Source: a virus. From it: a stretch of DNA of 64,000 nt. A program made the translations under genes and the position numbers. This document shows, piece by piece, positions 57,906 to 64,000 of this stretch (its first letter is position 1; every line of letters starts with the position of its first letter). A model generated the notes under the pieces. The model saw only the letters and a list, made by a program, of their open reading frames with translations. It was not told the DNA's origin and did no database searches. Location: IMG/VR virus record IMGVR_UViG_3300028840_003906; one strand, given 5' to 3'.

Positions 57906-58538
57906 ATGAAGAAGTATTCAATCAGTGATGTGGATGATGTCTTTGGGGGAGACGACTATGTAAACCGGGGGAAGATTGCCGTGGCGTTTGGCGGCCGGGA
58001 CCTGACTGCTTGTGAGATCCTGGATCTGGACATTTCGGACCAGGACAAGCTGCATATCACGCTTGGAATCGGCGAGTTGACGGACAGGGAGGTTCAGGAA
58101 ATATCCTTCAGGTTCGCAGAGAGGGTCCTCCCGGAGTTCGAGTCTCCCATGGGCGATGACACATTGAGGAAGTGTCTGCGCACGGCACGTGAATACCTGG
58201 AGGGCGACATCGTCATCGGGGTGCTGGACAAAGAAACTCGGGCGCTGGAGAAGAGGGCGGATGATCTCCAGGGCGAGATCGCCGAAGGTGGCGGTGATGA
58301 TATTCGAAAAGAGATCATTCATAGCTGCATGTGGGCGGTGATCTGGGCGATGTACGCCTGGAATGTCGAGGCAGGGCCGCAGTCGATGTACGCGTGCAAT
58401 GCTTCGCATTCTGCGTGCTGGGTGAAGAGCTGGCATGCTGATGACGACGAGTTCGAGCGCCTTTTCGGCGAGGAGGAGAAGGTTCACGTTCAGATCGTCC
58501 GTGAGTACCTGCATTGGAGGGAGGCGAAAGTTGGGTGA
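57906..58538 (+). CDS. hypothetical protein with Imm5-like helical segment
   Basis: FAERVLPEFE...DDTLRKCLRTAREYLEG. Confidence 0.45.
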   Translation: MKKYSISDVDDVFGGDDYVNRGKIAVAFGGRDLTACEILDLDISDQDKLHITLGIGELTDREVQEISFRFAERVLPEFESPMGDDTLRKCLRTAREYLEGDIVIGVLDKETRALEKRADDLQGEIAEGGGDDIRKEIIHSCMWAVIWAMYAWNVEAGPQSMYACNASHSACWVKSWHADDDEFERLFGEEEKVHVQIVREYLHWREAKVG

Positions 58539-59613
58539 CAAGAAGAATATGAGCGCTTCGAAGATGAACGATCGGAGGGCGTTGTACGTGGTGTTGTCGA
58601 TCACGTTCTGGTTCGCGGCTATGATGGTGTTGGGGTACATGTACTTCTTTTCGAAGGAGATCAGCACTCCGATGTTTTGGTTTCTCCTGCTGATCCTGGC
58701 GAACTTCTCCATGGAGTCGAGGTCGACGGTGCATGGGATGAACTTACTCAATCGGTCGATCAATTCTCAGCTTTGGATCCTCAGGAGATCGATGGGAATG
58801 GAGGAGAAGGATGGGTGATGCACCGAGGCCGAAAAAGGACGACGGGACCTTTTGGTGTTCCTTTGACGAGTGTCCGTGTTGGGACGGGTATTGCTCGGTT
58901 ACGCACTACAGGTGCAAGCGTAGCGATGATCCTGTCCTGTGTGGAGGGATTGCTGTACACTTCGAGAAGCAGATCGAGGCGTATCAGATGCATCTCCGCG
59001 ACCGGCTACTCGTGGACGCTACGCCTGATGAGGAACTCCCACTCCGAATCCTGGAGGCGTACATCGATCACAGCGAGACGACAGACAACCTGCTCGGGCT
59101 TCCCCCGGAGAACCCTCTGATTCAGAGGATGGAGGAGGCGCGCAAGGAGCGGAATGTGATCCTGAGTAATGCGATGACGTGTGTTCGGTTTTTCGAGAAG
59201 GACAAGTCATGAAGAAGAAAACCAATAAGGTTGTGAAGGATCTCCCTGATGGGTTTGTGGAGATTTTTGCTTTGGAGAACGGATGGATCGGGACCGTGGA
59301 GAACGTTGCATTCAGCAGGGAGGATCAGCTTGCTGTTGCGGACATCGGTGGAGGTGAATGGACGGTGCTTCCTGTCGGGCGCGACATCGGCGGGTACAGC
59401 CCGTTTGGAGCGATAGGTGGGTACAACATAAGCGCGCCGGTTGTTGGCCGTTTGCTGGCCCTTCTTGGCTTCTGGAGCGAGGAGGAGGCTGACTCTTTTG
59501 GAGTTTGGTACTGGGAGGAGACCAGACGGCGTACGGCGAAGTACGAAATCAACAGGCACAAGGAAGCTTTGGAGAGAGCCGGTTACACGGTATCCAAGAA
59601 GAAGTCCTCCTGA
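58535..59613 (+). other. hypothetical ORFs (58535-58818 two-TM, 58811-59212, 59209-59613)
   Basis: Coupled + strand ORFs. Confidence 0.5.
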
Positions 59614-59668
59614 TTTTCCTGTTGAAAAAATCTCTTTTTTGATGTAAATTCTCAGCCCTGTTTGATCG

Positions 59669-60172
59669 ATGGGGAGATCCCAAAGGAGGATGGTTTTGAG
59701 CGATATCGTGAGCGTTATCATGGTTGGAATGTTGGGATTGGGGGTGATTTGGGCATTTTGGGGGATGTTCAGGGACAGGAAAGAGCCGGTTGGGGGCCTG
59801 ATTTATGTGGCTTCTCCGTTCACCAGTCCGAGCAAGGAAGTCGAGCGTGCGCGGTACCAGGATGTCGTTGACGCGTGCGCGCGAATGTTCGAGGACGGCT
59901 TCCATGTCATGTCTCCGATTGCACACTGCTATCCGATGTTTGAGCGTGGGAACATGCCAGGCGACTTTGAGTTCTGGAGGGCGTACAACTACGCCGTTCT
60001 CTCCAGGTGCGAGGAGCTGTGGGTCCTGACGATAGATGGATGGAAAGATTCCAAAGGTGTCCAGGGGGAGATCGAGTTCGCGAGGAAACGAGGGATCCCG
60101 ATCGGTTACGTAATATGCGATGTAGGTGGAGTTTGGGAGCTGAGTGATGAAGATGGAAGAAGAACTGCGTAG
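59669..60172 (+). CDS. DUF1937 family protein (nucleoside deoxyribosyltransferase-like fold) with N-terminal TM
   Basis: IYVASPF, MSPIAH, W...N...LSRCEELWVL..DGW..SKGV.GEIEFA...GIP. Confidence 0.85.
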   Translation: MGRSQRRMVLSDIVSVIMVGMLGLGVIWAFWGMFRDRKEPVGGLIYVASPFTSPSKEVERARYQDVVDACARMFEDGFHVMSPIAHCYPMFERGNMPGDFEFWRAYNYAVLSRCEELWVLTIDGWKDSKGVQGEIEFARKRGIPIGYVICDVGGVWELSDEDGRRTA

Positions 60173-62377
60173 GCTGAAGGAAGAGAACGAGAAGCTGAAA
60201 GGGGCCGCTATTGAGTCCGTGTTCGCGGACTTGATCCTGAATGTGGCGGCGAGGCACCCGGGGGCGAGAATTTGGATCGATGTCCCGAGTGATAGCTTCA
60301 AGGCGATCGTCCTTCATGTTGGCGTTCAGAGGGACGGGAAGATTTACAGGGCTCAGAGGGCCGTGACGGCTGAAGAGATTGGTGAATGTAGGGTTAACAT
60401 CTGGGCTGATACCGTCGATCAGGTTTGCGAGGATCTTGAGGTGGAGATCAATAGGGCGAACTCAAGTTCGTCAAACGGAAGTGATGGAGGACTAAGGGAA
60501 TGATCATCTACGGTGGAACGAGGGAGCAGATTGAGCAGCAGCTGGAGTGCGATCACGATTGGCACGGACCCTGTATGGACGACAAGTACCGTTACATGAA
60601 GTGCGGGAAGTGCTTCTGCGTGGATCGGGACATCATGGTGAACGACGAGAAGGGTGCCCTGGAGCATATCCCGGCCACGGCTAGAGAGGTCGAGGAGACG
60701 CACGATCTTATTCATGAGGTTGAGCAGCTACGCGCGCGCAGGAAGGAGACCTTGGTTCTGAACGAGAAGCTCCGCGAGGAGCGGTATGAGTTGCTGGCGG
60801 AGATTGATCGACAACTCGGAACGTTCAATGCGGAGAAGATGACCAAGCAATTGAAGGCCCCTGCCGAGAATGCTCTCTACGATCTGATTGACGAGAACCT
60901 GAGAAAAGATGCGGTCATCGAGGAGCTGAACAAGCATGCCGTGAATGCATCGATCCGGAGTTGGGTTGATGAGAATTGGCAGCCGTGTCCGAAGTGCAAC
61001 ATGCGTGGTTTCACGTTCGGTATTCGGTGCCAGGAGTGCAGCGGCATCGGGCGTGTGAAGGGTGAACCTGTTCCTGTTGATTGATCCAGAAGGGCGGTGG
61101 TGCCGTGACAGATGTCCGCTCTCAGAGGATTTGGAAATGGGCAAGCTACAAGGTTAAGAGCGGCAAATGCAGGTTCTTGGGCTGTGAAAATGATGAGGTT
61201 GCAGAAACAGCTGAGGGTGACATGTGCCTGGATCACTACATTGGGCTTCCGGCCTGTGAGGAGTGCGGTGGTCCTGCATGCGGATCAATGGAACCGATCC
61301 GGTGCATGTCTTGCCAGGATATGAGCGAGACAACCCGGGCACTCACTGCAACGTTCTCTTCGCTGGAGAACGAGGGTGGGTTGTTGGATTCAGCGTATGG
61401 GGTGCGGAAGGAGATCCGGCCCTTTGAGAAAAGGATAGGACGTGCAGAGTTGGTTTCGTGGGCGAAAGCGATCATGCGGAGATCTGAAGCAGGATGAGGT
61501 GGAGAATTGAGCGAGAAGAGGTCGGAGCGGGTGCGGGAGTGGGCGCGATACAAGGTGAGGATGGGTAAGTGCCGGGAGCAGTCTTGTAATGTGGAGATCG
61601 TTTCAGAGACGCCAGAGGGGCGCCTGTGCCTCGAACACTACTGCAGGCTCCCGTCATGCGTGGAGTGTGGAAAGGCGGCCTCAGGAGGGGCTCGTCTTTG
61701 CGCTGAGTGCGAGAAGAAGAGGGATGAAGCGCTTGGGATGACATCCTCTTTGAGCTACCACGAGGAGGTGTCCGGGCATGATACGATTGGAATGGGTGGC
61801 ATGAATCAGATGCGAAGGAGAATGTGGGGAACGAACCCCGATGGGTCGAAGAAGAAAAAGAAAGCGAGTTGAAATATGGCACGGGCTATTGTTGGCGCTG
61901 CTGATGCGATTGCACAGAAGGACGAGTCCGATCGTAAGATGAGGCAGGCGGTTTTGGATGCGTTGAAGGAGGAGTTTCCGTGGGGGTGCAGGGTCATGTC
62001 GGAAGATATGACTGCAACGGTTGTGGGTTGGTATGCAGATCGTCTTGTCGTTCTGGATGGTGACAATGGGCTCGGGAGTATTCAGGTGACTCAGCATGAT
62101 GGGCGTCTGAGTGTCGCGAAGCTGGATGATGGAGAGTGAGATGCTCTACAGAAACAAGACGTGCATCGTTTGTCGGGAGAGGGGCACCTGGGAGGACTTT
62201 GGGTCGACGTGCCCATCTTGCAGGCGGGAAGCCGAAGAAGAGAAGAAGAGGGAGCACCTTGAGGCGCTAAAGAAGCTCTCGGTTGAGGAGCGTCTCGCGA
62301 GGATCGAGGAGCAGTTGTACGACCGTCCGTGGTCGAAGATGGGCTGGAGACCAGAGCCAAGATTGGGTGGACAATGA
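60144..62377 (+). other. hypothetical ORFs (60144-60503, 60500-61084, 61105-61497, 61507-61872, 61876-62139, 62126-62377)
   Basis: Coupled + strand ORFs; 61105 and 61507 are paralogs. Confidence 0.55.
60456..60471. promoter_or_regulatory. palindrome copy 15
   Basis: GCGAACTCAAGTTCGT, about 30 nt before the next start. Confidence 0.8.
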
Positions 62378-63342
62378 GCAAGCATCACATCATTTATCAC
62401 AACGACGCGGATGGGTACGCTTCGGCTGCGATTGCGTATCGTTTCCTGACAATGGAGAAGGATAACAGGGTTCCCGAGGATGACGTTGTCTTTCATCCGT
62501 TCACCTATGGTATGCGGTTCCCTGGCGAGATCGACAGAATGAGAGATCTTGTCTACATACTCGACTTCAGTTTTCAGCCGGAGGGATTGATGGTGGAATT
62601 GGCTGAAGATTTTGGTGGTCGATTGGTTTGGATCGATCATCATCAGACGAGCTTGGATGCAGAAGAGGAGCACCATGAGCTGGGGAGGGTTCCTGGGATG
62701 CGACGTGTAGTCTGGTCGGAGTCTGTGCCGGATCCGATTTCTGGGTGCGAATTGGCGTGGGCTCACTTTTTCATGTTGGACAATCCTCCGTTCGTAATCA
62801 GGATGATTGGGGACTGGGATGTCTGGAGGTGGAAGGAAAAGGATGAGTTGACGCAGAAGTATGTGCAGGGGCTGCAGTATTACTTGAAGGCGTCTGGTGC
62901 GGACCCCAAGGATGATCATGCTCTTGGCATGTGGCTCGGGATGATGGAGTTGACGAAAACTGACATTGTTCGATCTTGTTGTGAGCCAGGGATCAAAGTG
63001 ATGGAGTACCAGAAGCGGGAATGGCGCAAGATGATGGGGGAGAGATCCTTCGAGGCAACGTTTGCCGGGATGAATGCGATCGTTGTGAACGAGAAGGGGA
63101 ACTCCACCATGTTCGACGGGTTCTACGATCCGGAGAAGCACACCGTCATGGTCGCATTCCATATGACCGGGCTCAATGTGACCGTTTCGATGTACACGGA
63201 GAAGACCGAGGATCTTCGCCTTGGAAGGATTGCGAAATCACTCGGGGAGAAGGCTGGGAGCAAGTCCGGTGGTGGACATGCTGGCGCTGCTGGGTTCCAG
63301 TGCGACCTTCAGTTTTTTGAGAAGATCTGCCAGGTGAAATAG
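62374..63342 (+). CDS. DHH/DHHA1 family phosphoesterase
   Basis: YHNDADG, YILDFS, WIDHHQT, SGCELAW, IGDWD, GGGHAGAAGF. Confidence 0.92.
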   Translation: MSKHHIIYHNDADGYASAAIAYRFLTMEKDNRVPEDDVVFHPFTYGMRFPGEIDRMRDLVYILDFSFQPEGLMVELAEDFGGRLVWIDHHQTSLDAEEEHHELGRVPGMRRVVWSESVPDPISGCELAWAHFFMLDNPPFVIRMIGDWDVWRWKEKDELTQKYVQGLQYYLKASGADPKDDHALGMWLGMMELTKTDIVRSCCEPGIKVMEYQKREWRKMMGERSFEATFAGMNAIVVNEKGNSTMFDGFYDPEKHTVMVAFHMTGLNVTVSMYTEKTEDLRLGRIAKSLGEKAGSKSGGGHAGAAGFQCDLQFFEKICQVK

Positions 63343-63601
63343 GAGGGTGAAATGGGAAGGGGATATTCGGACGAGAAGGGCTCGTATCCTGGGTTGGCGG
63401 GGTGGATGGAATGGCTTTTTTGGAGGAAGCTATGTGTTCGGCCAGACTGGGGGTGTGAGTGGGATGGGCAGAAGTGGTTCGAATTCCTCCGGATCAGGAG
63501 CCTTGTCGGGTGGTGGTACAACTTCACCGGAAGGATCGCGTCCAAGTTTCACAAGATGAATTGTCCGAAGTGCGCGGGCCGTTGAGGCCCAGGAGGAAGA
63601 G

Positions 63602-63922
63602 ATGTATTTTTGTGGTGAGTACGTTTTCGACAAGACGCATTGGTTTGTGGAGATCCCGGCCCTGGGAGTGCAGAGCCAGGGGTTCACTCCCGAGGATGCG
63701 ATGGTCATGGTGTGCGATGCCGTGATGAACCTGGTGAACGAGGACGGGTTCGTGGTCGAGGCGTACCGCGATCCGAGCCTGGGTGAAAGGAACTTCCGGA
63801 TCAAGGCGAACAATCCGGACCTCTTGGCGTTGTTCCATACGTTCAGGGAGTCGATCGGCAATCCGGATGTGCCGGTGCGGCGCTGGGAAGATGTGAAGGC
63901 TGAGTTTTTTGAGCGAACTTGA
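63602..63922 (+). CDS. HicB-like antitoxin domain protein
   Basis: WFVEIPALGVQSQGFTPEDAMVMVCDAV. Confidence 0.65.
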   Translation: MYFCGEYVFDKTHWFVEIPALGVQSQGFTPEDAMVMVCDAVMNLVNEDGFVVEAYRDPSLGERNFRIKANNPDLLALFHTFRESIGNPDVPVRRWEDVKAEFFERT

Positions 63923-63928
63923 GTTCGC
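63913..63928. promoter_or_regulatory. palindrome copy 16
   Basis: GCGAACTTGAGTTCGC, contains the HicB-like stop codon. Confidence 0.85.
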
Positions 63929-64000
63929 GGGAGGTTGAGAGATGGCGGCTGCAATTGATAGAGTTGTCGAAATGGTCGAGAGTGCTCGTGAGCTGAGGAC

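Noticed and set aside
3741-63928. CRISPR array reading of the repeated palindrome
   Set aside because: Copies are 16 bp and hundreds to thousands of bases apart, with no regular spacers; no cas operon.
1-64000. Stop-codon reassignment (alternative genetic code)
   Set aside because: Recognisable genes (DnaB, RecA, helicase, MTase, DHH) are full length in code 11 and end in TAA, TAG or TGA; no suppressor tRNA seen.

Overview
This is a 64-kb segment of a large dsDNA bacteriophage or phage-like element. Essentially all credible genes are on the + strand, many with overlapping start/stop codons, and I see no capsid, tail, terminase or integrase genes. 0-12 kb is a replication block (DnaC-like loader, DnaB, SSB-like protein, SF2 helicase) that also carries DUF932 and a KhpA-like RNA-binding protein. 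12-24 kb is an RNA-rich island: a tmRNA, two near-canonical tRNAs (Met-CAT, Ile-GAT), six tRNA 'shells' whose acceptor and T arms are intact but whose anticodon domain is remodelled or enlarged, an HNH gene inserted into a tRNA-Met, a YrlA-type Y RNA directly upstream of a Ro60/TROVE-like vWA gene and an ARPP-1-like gene, and a second RNA with the same outer stem but a circularly permuted tRNA domain. 24-38 kb holds RecA (with a Cys-containing insertion), two resolvase-like nucleases, DUF5131, an ASCH-like protein, a PD-(D/E)xK nuclease and a ParB-MTase fusion. 38-64 kb is mostly short hypothetical ORFs plus two phosphoesterases, DUF1937, a NADAR fragment and a HicB-like gene. A 16-bp palindrome RCGAACTYRAGTTCGY (GAAC-N4-GTTC, LexA-box type) occurs 16 times, mostly at gene junctions, and the window encodes a LexA DNA-binding domain without its protease domain. 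All family calls are from motifs read by eye; no database search was run.
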